From NCBI GenBank assembly GCA_963662465.1, contig OY759599.1, positions 1,088,001 through 1,152,000 of the forward strand: a DNA stretch of 64,000 nt, given 5' to 3'. Origin of the DNA: Desulfatiglandales bacterium (GTDB taxonomy: Bacteria > Desulfobacterota > DSM-4660 > Desulfatiglandales > Desulfatiglandaceae). Both the position numbers and the translations under genes were made by a program. Positions 40,856-49,865 of the stretch are shown here, piece by piece. The stretch's first letter is position 1. Each line of letters opens with the position of its first letter. The notes under the pieces are model-generated. The model was given only the letters and a program-made list of their open reading frames with translations, was not told where the DNA came from and did no database searches.

Positions 40856-41490
40856 TTACGGTAAACATCCGGGAACCCAGTAGGGTTTTTTAACCTTTCG
40901 GTTGAGGCATTCCCCAACGAGTTTTTGATAAGCGGCCGCAGAGGACAGCACGATTTTCCGGGCTTCCGCTGCCCCCAGCCAGACCGGATCGGCGTTAACT
41001 TTCTTCAAGGATTTCGGGTCGTAAAAGAAATTTTCGTTTAAGCCTTTTGCCGTCTTGTAGAAGCGCCAGAAAATTCCCCATTGATCCCTGGTTTCCTGAA
41101 GTACATCCGAAATATCCTTTATCTTTTCCGCCATGGGGTCTTTCACGTTAATTACAAAGATTTTCCAGTCAGTCTCAAGATCCGTACCGTCGATCATTCC
41201 CAGCGCCCCGATCACCTTCACCTGGTATACCAGTCCCAGAGGGGATGGCGTGGAACCCACATCGACAGCATCGATGGGGTCCGCATCCCCCGGGAACCCG
41301 GTGACGGGGTCCTCTTCCAGAACGTTTTCCCAGGTGCGGGGCAAAGCCCCGTAATTGCCCGGCGCCGGGGACCAGGCATAATACCGGGGTCGCTTGAAAT
41401 TCTGGTCCTTCACCTTTTTGCGGTCCTGCCACATGGGGTTGTGGGGCGCCCATTTGTTCAGTTCAACCTTGGCTTGAGTGCCTTGGCTTA
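40856..41490 (-). pseudogene. Family I inorganic pyrophosphatase, long-insert type, apparently 5'-truncated
   Basis: NYGALPRTWE, GDADPIDA, MIDG..ETDWK, FWRFYK; frame extends upstream of 41434 to QGTQAKVE with no credible start. Confidence 0.7.
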
Positions 41491-41684
41491 GGGTAGGATC
41501 TCTAAAAACCGCCTTTTCCGACCGATTTTCTGTTGCGGAAAATGTTCCCTCTATTTCTGGGAGGCTATCACGGTTATGCGGCGTCCTGACTTACTGAACC
41601 TATCATGGGGGAAGCAAATTCAATCTTGCAATTGTCCACGGATGCGTGTACAGTAATCCGAAAAGCAAGAAGAGGAGGCCGATC

Positions 41685-42104
41685 ATGAGATTCTCAGGGA
41701 AAATATATAAAAATGGTAAATTCTGGCTGGCGGAAATTCCAATACTCGATTTGATGACTCAAGGATTTACCAAAAAAGAAGCGTATGAGATGGTTGCCGA
41801 CATGTTGGAAACAATGGTTAACAAAGAAGGATTTAAAATCGAGGTTTATAAAGGAAAAAAGGACAACTTCGAAGTTGGTTCATCAGAGCCGAAACATATG
41901 GTAAGTTTACTATTACAACGAAAACGTGAAATCAGTGGCCTTTCACTGGCTCAAGTTGCCGGTAGATTAGGAATGACATCCCGAAATACTTATTCTCGAT
42001 ATGAGCAGGGAAGAACAGTGCCAAGCGTCGAAAAACTCGATGAATTACTTCGTGCCGTATGCTCAAAAACCGACATCGTCATCAACGAAAGCATCATTTC
42101 CTGA
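41685..42104 (+). CDS. HicB-like antitoxin with C-terminal XRE HTH
   Basis: WLAEIPILDLMTQGFTKKEA; GLSLAQVA...YSRYEQG. Confidence 0.75.
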   Translation: MRFSGKIYKNGKFWLAEIPILDLMTQGFTKKEAYEMVADMLETMVNKEGFKIEVYKGKKDNFEVGSSEPKHMVSLLLQRKREISGLSLAQVAGRLGMTSRNTYSRYEQGRTVPSVEKLDELLRAVCSKTDIVINESIIS

Positions 42105-42184
42105 AAATTCTGGAAAGAGGCGCCACATGACCAAATGTTGGATCGGATTAGCTGGATACGCGGCATTAAAGCTGGAGATTTGCA

Positions 42185-43774
42185 ATGACCCGTTACAATA
42201 AACCGAAACGATATTTTGAAAAATCGGGAGTGGTTGATCCGAAGGCTTCCTATTACGTTCCCCTGGAAAACGTGACCAATATGGACAATCAGGATATCAA
42301 GACCATGGTTGATCTAGGTCGCTACTTTTCCATATTCGCTCCGAGACAGAGCGGCAAAACCACTTTTTTTAAGGAATTCTGCCGCAAACTTGAAAAAGAC
42401 CTCACCTATGTTCCTATTCTGCTGAGTTTTCAAGACTACAAGAGCCTTCAACCGCAACGGTTTTATGATTTGATGGGGAAAGCCCTCTCCAGGCAGCTCA
42501 TCGGCAGGCTGAGCCAAGTGGCGTGCCCACGATTGGACGTTATCAAATCATTTATTGAAACCTGTGCAATGTCTGATCATATCTCCTTTCGTGAGCTGTT
42601 TGAGGCGTTGAACAGGATTGTGGAACAGAAAAAGATCGTGATTTTCATAGATGAATTTGACGGCGTCCCCAGAGGCGAGCTTGAGAATTTTTTGACGACC
42701 CTGCGGGAACTGTACCAGGAATATAAAGGCCGTGAGGACAAGGCCCTCTACTCCGTTGGCCTTGTGGGAATCAGGAACATCACCAAACTCATCGTTGGCG
42801 GCGTCTCTCCGTTTAATATCGCGGATCAGGTAACGCTTCCGCCTTTCTCCTTGAAAAATGTGCATGATCTCTATGCCCAATACACAGCGGAAACAAACCA
42901 GCCGTTTACAGAAGGGGCGGTAAAAAAGGCATTTGAAGAGACCCGCGGGCAGCCCTGGTTGGTGAACCGTTTGGGCACAATCCTCACTATCAACATAAGG
43001 CCGGAAACCGCGGAACCGATCTCTGAAGAGGATGTGGAAAAGGGTGTTGAGATGCTCCTCTATGAGGAAAACAGCCACTTTGACAACATCACAGAGAAGG
43101 CAAAGCAGTTCAAAGAGACCTTCGTAGAGATTGTGTTTGACGGGGTTGAATATGTCCCCGGCGATGAGGAACAATCCCTTCTTCTGACCCACGGTCTGAT
43201 CAAGGCGGAAGGAAGGAATCTCTTTGTCAGCAACCCCATCTATAAAAAGAGGTTTACCAGGACTTTCTTTCGGGAGACCGGGGCCGGCGCGGATATGACC
43301 CACAAAGGATATTTTACTGCCGACGGATTCCTGAATATGGAGGCCGTTCTTTCTGATTTTGAGGAATATATCATCCAGATAGGCGTAAACGCCTTTTATA
43401 CGAATAAGAAACCTTATGAGAAGACAGGCCAATTCCTGCTGACTGCCTGGCTGTACCAGTTTGTGGAGGGGGGGAGAGGTGATCTTCGCTATGAAATGCC
43501 TACCGGATTGGGAAGAATGGACATCCTCCTAACCTACCGGGAGCGAAAATACATTATAGAAACAAAAATAAATCGCGCAAATATTGACAAAACCATTGAC
43601 CGGGCGGTTGAACAGCTCAGTGGAAAATATCTTTTGACCGAAATGGCGGAGGAAGGATACGTTGTTGTGTTTGATGTCAAAACAAAGGTCGGTGAAATGC
43701 GCGCCCCCAGGAAGCGGCTTGTTGAAGAAAAAGAGATATTGATCTTCGAAATTGGAATAGGGAGAGGCCTATAG
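42185..43774 (+). CDS. AAA-like ATPase with C-terminal PD-(D/E)XK-like domain
   Basis: APRQSGKTT, IFIDEFD, SPFNIA, GQPWLVN, GRMDI...IIETK. Confidence 0.8.
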   Translation: MTRYNKPKRYFEKSGVVDPKASYYVPLENVTNMDNQDIKTMVDLGRYFSIFAPRQSGKTTFFKEFCRKLEKDLTYVPILLSFQDYKSLQPQRFYDLMGKALSRQLIGRLSQVACPRLDVIKSFIETCAMSDHISFRELFEALNRIVEQKKIVIFIDEFDGVPRGELENFLTTLRELYQEYKGREDKALYSVGLVGIRNITKLIVGGVSPFNIADQVTLPPFSLKNVHDLYAQYTAETNQPFTEGAVKKAFEETRGQPWLVNRLGTILTINIRPETAEPISEEDVEKGVEMLLYEENSHFDNITEKAKQFKETFVEIVFDGVEYVPGDEEQSLLLTHGLIKAEGRNLFVSNPIYKKRFTRTFFRETGAGADMTHKGYFTADGFLNMEAVLSDFEEYIIQIGVNAFYTNKKPYEKTGQFLLTAWLYQFVEGGRGDLRYEMPTGLGRMDILLTYRERKYIIETKINRANIDKTIDRAVEQLSGKYLLTEMAEEGYVVVFDVKTKVGEMRAPRKRLVEEKEILIFEIGIGRGL

Positions 43775-43784
43775 TGAAAATTCA

Positions 43785-43841
43785 GGGGGCGCCATACGTA
43801 ATTCATAGGCTGATTGACAAAGAATTCACTATGGTGTCCCC
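43785..43841. repeat. Small inverted-repeat element
   Basis: GGGGGCGCCATACGTAATT ... AATTCACTATGGTGTCCCC. Confidence 0.55.
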
Positions 43842-43924
43842 AGAACCTGCCGGAACCTACAGAACCGCTAAAAGGCGCAGACACCTACCTGACCGGGTGG
43901 GCCTCAAATGATGGAATAGAGACT

Positions 43925-44494
43925 GTGGAAAAAAATTTCTTTATTACTGAATACAATCCGAATTGGAGAATATTTTTTAAAAATGAAAAAATATTGTTAA
44001 AAAAGATGTTTTCCAATCAATATAAATCTATAAATCATATAGGGAGTACTTCTATACCAAGTTTAGTTTCACGACCAATAGTTGACATAAGCATAGGAGT
44101 AATAAAGCTTAAAGAAAAGGACTTTTATTTAAGAATGCTAAATCCAATTGGATATCAGTATAATGTTGGTTCAGAATTTGAAGATTGGATGTTATTTAAA
44201 AAAATGGCATTAAAACAAGTGTTTAATTTACATATTATGCCATACAACAGCAAAAGATTATTAGACCAATTAATTTTCAAGCATTGTCTTTTAGATAATA
44301 AAAAGTTAATTGAAAATTATGGATGGTTAAAAAAAAGCTATATGGAACATGACGATAATTTGTTTTACTATATGAATAAACTCCCATTTGTTACAAGATT
44401 GGTTGAAGGTTTTAAAGAAGGTTTTACCAAATCGTTAAAATGTTCTGAAAAAGAACTTTATCAATATGTGCAAAATAATTTTATTGAGAAATAA
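43925..44494 (+). CDS. GrpB/UPF0157 nucleotidyltransferase-fold protein, AT-rich cassette gene
   Basis: EYNPNW, HIGSTSIP, PIVDI, NLHI; visibly more AT-rich than flanks; start uncertain. Confidence 0.8.
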   Translation: MEKNFFITEYNPNWRIFFKNEKILLKKMFSNQYKSINHIGSTSIPSLVSRPIVDISIGVIKLKEKDFYLRMLNPIGYQYNVGSEFEDWMLFKKMALKQVFNLHIMPYNSKRLLDQLIFKHCLLDNKKLIENYGWLKKSYMEHDDNLFYYMNKLPFVTRLVEGFKEGFTKSLKCSEKELYQYVQNNFIEK

Positions 44495-44496
44495 TC

Positions 44497-44558
44497 ACCC
44501 AACAAGGCTTTTGCAGGGGAACGCAAAAAGCCGTGGTCACTGAAAAGCAGCGTTGTGT
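44497..44558 (+). other. Integron attC-like recombination site
   Basis: ACCCAAC ... GTTGTGT ends; GCTTTTGCAG pairs with CTGAAAAGC leaving one extrahelical base; starts 3 bp after the stop codon. Confidence 0.65.
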
Positions 44559-44639
44559 TCCAATCGGCAGACCTAAAGGATAAAATTTGAGGCTCATCGC
44601 GGATTAACGTGAAAATCGCTACTGACTTCGTTTTCGCAC

Positions 44640-44785
44640 TCGTTCCCACGCTCTGCGTGGGAACGGTTTTCGGACGCTCTGCGTCCCGGTTTAGACCTCT
44701 AAGAAATGGGCTTGTAGCGGTTCAAAAGACGAATTGTCGGACGCGGGAGCGTCCAAGGTAGGTTCCCACGCAAAGCATGGGAACC
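44640..44785. repeat. Composite REP/MITE-like palindrome
   Basis: CGTTCCCACGCTCTGCGTGGGAACG, GGACGCTCTGCGTCC, GGACGCGGGAGCGTCC, GTTCCCACGCAAAGCATGGGAAC. Confidence 0.75.
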
Positions 44786-44832
44786 AGAAGGGTCTTTTGC
44801 CCCTGCAAATGGCCGGAATGATGATCAAGGCC

Positions 44833-44935
44833 GAACCTTGATGAAAAAGACGTCCTTGATTGCCTTGATGATGCTCGGCTGCGTGAATAAAAAATCAAGG
44901 AATCAAGGCAATCAAGAAAATCAAGGTTCAGACAA
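44833..44935. repeat. Inverted cluster of ATCAAG short repeats ending GGTTCAGACAA
   Basis: GAACCTTGAT / ATCAAGGTTC and CCTTGATTGCCTTGAT / ATCAAGGCAATCAAG. Confidence 0.65.
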
Positions 44936-44955
44936 ATGAAAAACTGTCCCGGCTT

Positions 44956-45314
44956 ATGTCGGTAGCCGAATATACGACCGGACGGACGCCGGGCGCCCGC
45001 GGGGGCGAACCGGGGAAGAAGAAAATCGATTACAAAGAGGTCTTGTCCCCGGAAGATTTTTCCATTTTTGTAAAATTGCGGATTGGCGCAAGGAGAGGGC
45101 CGTCCGGGAAGCGGTTCCGCTTTACACCGTTTTCATGAATGACCAGCTTGCGGCCATGGTTCAAAAAAAGATCACCACCAAGGCGGGATTAAAGCAGATT
45201 GAAGGGGTAGGGGATGCCAGGGTTGAAAAGTACGGGGATGCCGTACTCGCCATTTTAAAGCAGTCCTATACGCCTCCGGACCAAAAAAATGAAACGGGCA
45301 AATCACCTGTATGA
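44956..45314 (+). pseudogene. HRDC-domain DGR accessory gene, frameshifted near 45080 and probably 5'-truncated
   Basis: KIDYKEVLSPEDFSIFVKLR / DWRKERAVREAVPLYTVFMNDQLAAM...QIEGVGDARVEKYG; overlaps the RT start. Confidence 0.8.
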
Positions 45315-46293
45315 CAAAATTTCCACCCATGAGAATTTGCACCTTGCTTTCCGGAAGGCTGCCAAAGGTAAGCAGTCCCATGCGGAAGTGGTGCAGTTTA
45401 AAAATCAATTTGACGCCAATATCCAAAACCTAAGAGAACAATTGGCGACCGGCAAGCCGGATATCGGGCATTACCATTTTTTTACGGTGCATGATCCCAA
45501 AGTAAGGAACATTTGTGCGGCCTCATTTCCGGAGCGGGTCCTTCATCATGCGGTCATGAATTTGTGCGAACCTCATCTGGATGCCTACGCTATTCACGAT
45601 TCCTATGCCTGCCGGATAGGGAAAGGGAATCGGAAAGCGCTGGCACGGGCGCAGGAATTTGCCCGCAAATACCCCTGGTATTTGAAACTGGATATCGCCC
45701 GGTATTTTGATTCCATTGACCACGAAATTGCATTGCACTTGCTGTCGCGGCAGTTCAAAGAGAAAAAGCTGTTGGCATTGTTTGCCGCAATTTTGAATAC
45801 CTATCACTCAAAACCGGGCAAAGGGGCGCCCATCGGCAACCTCATATCCCAGCACCTGACCAATTTTTACCTGGGGGCATTGGATCACTGGATAAAGGAA
45901 ACCCGGAAAATCAAAGGCTATGTCCGATACATGGATGATTTTATCCTTTTTTCCGATCAAAAAGCACATCTCAAATTGGAACTGGCGGAAATAATCCAAT
46001 TCCTGGAAACCCAACTGGCCTTGAAACTGAAAGAGAATATTCAAATCAACCGGACCGTTCTAGGTATCCCTTTTCTGGGGTTCCGTGTGTTTCCGGCTCA
46101 CACTCGGTTGTTGCCCCGAACCCGAAAACGGTTTTCACAAAAATTGAGGGAATATGAACGGAAATATATTGAAGGTCAATGGACTGAAACTGATTTGGTT
46201 CGGCATGCTGAACCGCTGATGGCGTTTACCGATGCCGAGGACAGCGTGCCGTTCAGGCGCATGGTCCTCCATCGTTTTGGGGTTTTGTCCTGA
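45289..46293 (+). CDS. DGR-type reverse transcriptase
   Basis: [59 protein letters not shown]; 334 aa, no maturase or endonuclease domain. Confidence 0.92.
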   Translation: MKRANHLYDKISTHENLHLAFRKAAKGKQSHAEVVQFKNQFDANIQNLREQLATGKPDIGHYHFFTVHDPKVRNICAASFPERVLHHAVMNLCEPHLDAYAIHDSYACRIGKGNRKALARAQEFARKYPWYLKLDIARYFDSIDHEIALHLLSRQFKEKKLLALFAAILNTYHSKPGKGAPIGNLISQHLTNFYLGALDHWIKETRKIKGYVRYMDDFILFSDQKAHLKLELAEIIQFLETQLALKLKENIQINRTVLGIPFLGFRVFPAHTRLLPRTRKRFSQKLREYERKYIEGQWTETDLVRHAEPLMAFTDAEDSVPFRRMVLHRFGVLS

Positions 46294-46295
46294 GA

Positions 46296-46420
46296 GGCTC
46301 AAACCGTGTGATTCGGGGCGGCAGTTGGAACAACAACGTGCGGAACTGTCGGTCGGCTAATCGCAACAACAACAATCCGGACAACAGGAACAACAACATA
46401 GGGTTTAGGCTTCTTCTCTC
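46296..46420 (+). repeat. DGR template repeat (TR)
   Basis: Non-genic stretch reading [39 protein letters not shown], with 14 AAY codons. Confidence 0.9.
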
Positions 46421-46501
46421 CTCAGCTCACCAGATCAGCGGATGCTGACTGCTGACCCATGGACAAAATCCCGTCCCTTGCAAAAAGGGCAAAAAGCAGA
46501 C

Positions 46502-46557
46502 ACCCGACCGGGGTTGGTAACCGGAACGGAACGTTCCGGCGAACATCCCGATCGGGT
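46502..46557 (+). other. Nested stem-loop downstream of TR
   Basis: ACCCGACCGGG / CCCGATCGGGT enclosing CCGGAACG-GAA-CGTTCCGG. Confidence 0.6.
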
Positions 46558-46594
46558 TTTTACCATGAAAATACATCGCGGGGGCCTGCTGTGA

Positions 46595-46622
46595 GTAGAG
46601 ACAAGGCATGTTTTGTCTCTAC
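46595..46622. repeat. GTAG REP-like palindrome
   Basis: GTAGAGACAAGGCATGTTTTGTCTCTAC. Confidence 0.65.
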
Positions 46623-46794
46623 AGCCTCGACTGTCGCGGCAGGATGGGGTTTGAAGGAAATTGGCCGTATCCTAATCCTGTTCATCGTGTTTAATCCTGT
46701 GAATCGTGTTCAAAACGGGAAGGATGCCGACAATGACGGATGCCCCGTACACATGGTGTTGACAACCCACCCAAAATACGTTTAAATACTTCCC

Positions 46795-47844
46795 ATGGTC
46801 GAACATGACAACAGTTATAAGCTTCTTTTTTCCCATAAGGAAATGGTGCGGGACCTGCTTCTGGGGTTTGTGAAGGAGGAGTGGGTTCAGGGGCTGGATA
46901 CGGAAAGCCTTGAACGGGTGAATGGATCGTATGTGAGCGATAATATCCGGGATCGGCATGATGATATCGTCTGGCGGGTGAAATGGGGCAGGGAGTGGCT
47001 CTATGTGTATATTGTGATTGAATTTCAATCCACCATCGACATATACATGCCGCTTCGCGTACTGGTGTATGTTGGGCTTTTGTACCAGGATCTGATCCGG
47101 GAAAAGAAGTTGAGTCCTTCAGGCAAACTGCCGCCCGTATTGCCGGTGGTATTGTACAACGGAAAGCCCCGGTGGAATGGGCCTGTTGAAATATCGGATT
47201 TGATAGAATTCGTGCCCGGAGGTCTTTCCCGATATTGTCCCCGATTCACCTTTTTGCTGCTGGATGAGGGGGCATATGCCGATGAAACCCTGAAGCCGCT
47301 CAAAAATGTGGTGTCGGCCCTGTTTCGCCTTGAAAACAGCCGGGACCCGGAAGTGATCATGGAGATTGTGTCTTCCCTTTTGAAGTGGTTGTCCGTCCCG
47401 GAACAGGCAAGTTTGAGACGGGCTTTTACGGTTTGGTTTAACCGGGTGTTTTTTACCTCGTGGCGGCGGACGAATAAAAAGGCGTTGCCTGAATTTCATG
47501 AGCTTACGGAGGTACACGCAATGCTGGCGGAAACAGTTGCGGAATGGCAAGAAGAATGGAAACGGGAGGGCCTGAAAAAAGGACTGAAAAAAGGACTGAA
47601 AAAAGGACTGAAAAAAGGACTGAAAAAAGGACTGAAAAAAGGCCGTGAGGAAGGCCGTGAGGAAGGCCGTGAGGAAGGCCGGAAACAGTGGGGCGCCAGT
47701 ATCCTTTTGAAGCATCTGGAGTTCAAATTTGGAACGCTGAATCTGAAAGATCGTAAAAGAGTTGAATCAGCCGACAGCGAGACGCTCCTGAAATGGAGCG
47801 AAAAGGTTTTAACCGCTGGGAGCGTTGAGGAAATTTTTGAATAG
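46795..47844 (+). CDS. Rpn/YhgA-like PD-(D/E)XK nuclease family protein
   Basis: HDNSYKLLFS, DIVWRV, IEFQS, LPPVLPVVLYNG, EG-repeat linker, DUF4351-like tail. Confidence 0.9.
   Translation: MVEHDNSYKLLFSHKEMVRDLLLGFVKEEWVQGLDTESLERVNGSYVSDNIRDRHDDIVWRVKWGREWLYVYIVIEFQSTIDIYMPLRVLVYVGLLYQDLIREKKLSPSGKLPPVLPVVLYNGKPRWNGPVEISDLIEFVPGGLSRYCPRFTFLLLDEGAYADETLKPLKNVVSALFRLENSRDPEVIMEIVSSLLKWLSVPEQASLRRAFTVWFNRVFFTSWRRTNKKALPEFHELTEVHAMLAETVAEWQEEWKREGLKKGLKKGLKKGLKKGLKKGLKKGREEGREEGREEGRKQWGASILLKHLEFKFGTLNLKDRKRVESADSETLLKWSEKVLTAGSVEEIFE
47569..47682 (+). repeat. In-frame 12-bp tandem repeats (GLKK x6, GREE x3)
   Basis: GG(A/C)CTGAAAAAA x6 then GGCCGTGAGGAA x3. Confidence 0.95.
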
Positions 47845-47901
47845 AAAATGAGTACTCTTCATTTAAAGCTTACCTGAAAAGTCAAGGGACAAAGCGCCGG
47901 A

Positions 47902-47994
47902 ATGCCTCCAATGGCAGACACACCGCAACCCGGTGAGACATGGACCAATCCGGTCGCCGGCATGGTCTTTGCTAGACCCCCACTTGACCTTTAG
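47902..47994 (+). pseudogene. Possible N-terminal stub of an FGE-sulfatase/CLec-domain gene
   Basis: MADTPQPGETWTNPVAGMVF then early stop; resembles the usual lead-in to FGE domains. Confidence 0.45.
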
Positions 47995-48030
47995 CAACCG
48001 GAAGAATTCAGAGAGCAGGGAGGTGAATCG

Positions 48031-49815
48031 ATGAAATTTCCTTATGGCATGTCTGATTTTAAAGCGATTACAACACAGAATTATTTTTACTGCGATAGAA
48101 CAGACAAAATATCCTTACTCGAAAATTCAAAATCACAACTTTTTATACGTCCCAGACGATTTGGGAAGAGCCTTGTTCTATCGATGCTGGAAAATTACTA
48201 TGATGTGGCAAGGGCGGATGAATTTGATGAAATGTTTGGTGATCTTGCAATCGGCAAAAACCCCACAAAATTGCGGAACGCCTATTTTATCTTGAGGTGG
48301 GATTTTTCATGTGTTGATACAACAGGAAGCGTCGAAGATCTTAAACGGTCATTCTATAATCATCTAAACGTAAGAATTGAAAGCTTTATTCGGTATTATG
48401 TTTTTGCGGGATATGATTTACCGCCGGTAAAAATCAAAGACGACGATGCCCTCTATTCCATAGAGTCATTATTGAGTTCAATTAGAACTACCTCCTATCC
48501 CATTTATCTCCTCATAGATGAGTACGATAATTTTGCCAATACCATCATGATGGGAACGCAGAATGAAAAAGGCAGATATAATGCGCTGGTTCATGATGAA
48601 GGTGTTTTAAGGACCCTGTTCAAAGCCATCAAATCTTCCACGTCCGGCCCGATGTTTGATCGGGTATTTATAACAGGCGTTTCGCCTGTTGTGATGAGCG
48701 ATATTACCAGCGGTTATAATATCGCTAAAAATATCTATTTTGAACCTGAATTTAACGATTTATGCGGTTTCAGAGAAAAGGAGGTACGTGGCGTCATTGA
48801 ACAAATTGTGGATGAATGCGATTTTGGCACGGAAAAAGCTGATGAAGCGCTTGATTTAATGAAAACATACTATAATGGATACCTTTTTGCGTTTGGCCTG
48901 GATGAATATATTTATAACCCAACATTATGCCTTTATTTTTTTGAGCAGTTTCAAAAAATGTGCTGTTCTCCAAGAGAAATGCTCGATGATAATCTTGCAA
49001 CGGATGAATCTAAACTGGAATATATTGCGCAATTACCTGAGGGTCAGGATCTGCTTGTCGGTTTGACGCAAAAAGCGCATGAAGTGGCGGTCTCTAAAGT
49101 AAGCAAACGTTTTGGCGTTAAAGAGATGCTGACCGACAAGTCAAAGGACAACGCTTTTCTGATTTCATTTCTTTATTATTTTGGTGTACTGACGCTGGCG
49201 GGCGAGAATTCTGAAGGTGACGTGATTTTAAAAGTTCCAAATCTGGTGATACAGAGTTTGTATGTGGAACGGGTTCAAAGAATGCTCTTATCTGAACCGG
49301 GCGACAGGGACGATGGTACATTCGCGGCAAAACAGGTTTACCAGAAAGGCAATATCCAACCCCTGTGCGATTTTGTGGAAAACAGGTATTTCACGGTTTT
49401 CAAGAATCGAGATTACAGGTGGGCCAATGAATTGACGTTAAAAACCGCCTTCTTAACGCTTGTGTACAATGATATTTTGTACATAATGGACTCCGAACCC
49501 GAGATCGACCGCAGGTATGCGGATCTCACCATGATGATCCGGCCGGATAAGCGACATTTTACAATATTTGATGTGCTGATCGAGTTCAAATTTGTAACGC
49601 TAAAAGATGCTGGGATAACAGGGGCGCAGGCCAAACAATTGACGGAAGATGAATTATATGGCATGCCGAACATAAAAGAGGCGTTTAAAGAGGGAAGGCG
49701 TCAGGTTGTGCTTTACGGTAAAAAGCTCGATGAGAAATACGGCAATCTGCGCTTGAAAAAATTTGTGGTAACGGCCCTTGGTTTTGAAAGGGTTTGTTTC
49801 GAAAAGATCGATTAA
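48031..49815 (+). CDS. AAA-ATPase-like protein with PD-(D/E)XK nuclease domain
   Basis: FPYGMSDF, RPRRFGKSL, LIDEYDN, FITGVSP, YYNGY, YNP, YADL...IEFK. Confidence 0.9.
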   Translation: MKFPYGMSDFKAITTQNYFYCDRTDKISLLENSKSQLFIRPRRFGKSLVLSMLENYYDVARADEFDEMFGDLAIGKNPTKLRNAYFILRWDFSCVDTTGSVEDLKRSFYNHLNVRIESFIRYYVFAGYDLPPVKIKDDDALYSIESLLSSIRTTSYPIYLLIDEYDNFANTIMMGTQNEKGRYNALVHDEGVLRTLFKAIKSSTSGPMFDRVFITGVSPVVMSDITSGYNIAKNIYFEPEFNDLCGFREKEVRGVIEQIVDECDFGTEKADEALDLMKTYYNGYLFAFGLDEYIYNPTLCLYFFEQFQKMCCSPREMLDDNLATDESKLEYIAQLPEGQDLLVGLTQKAHEVAVSKVSKRFGVKEMLTDKSKDNAFLISFLYYFGVLTLAGENSEGDVILKVPNLVIQSLYVERVQRMLLSEPGDRDDGTFAAKQVYQKGNIQPLCDFVENRYFTVFKNRDYRWANELTLKTAFLTLVYNDILYIMDSEPEIDRRYADLTMMIRPDKRHFTIFDVLIEFKFVTLKDAGITGAQAKQLTEDELYGMPNIKEAFKEGRRQVVLYGKKLDEKYGNLRLKKFVVTALGFERVCFEKID

Positions 49816-49865
49816 TGAACTTCGGATGAATGCCATCAATGAGAAGAACCGGTAAACAGAAAAAT

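Noticed and set aside
45289..46293. RT as group II intron, retron or CRISPR-associated RT
   Set aside because: Short, has GNLISQ, no maturase/endonuclease domain, no cas genes, and an adjacent Asn-rich TR
47119..47726. Minus-strand ORFs with FFQS/FFSP repeats
   Set aside because: Antisense shadows of the Rpn 12-bp repeats
46795..47844. Rpn gene as an insertion sequence
   Set aside because: No terminal inverted repeats or target duplication; family is not a proven transposase
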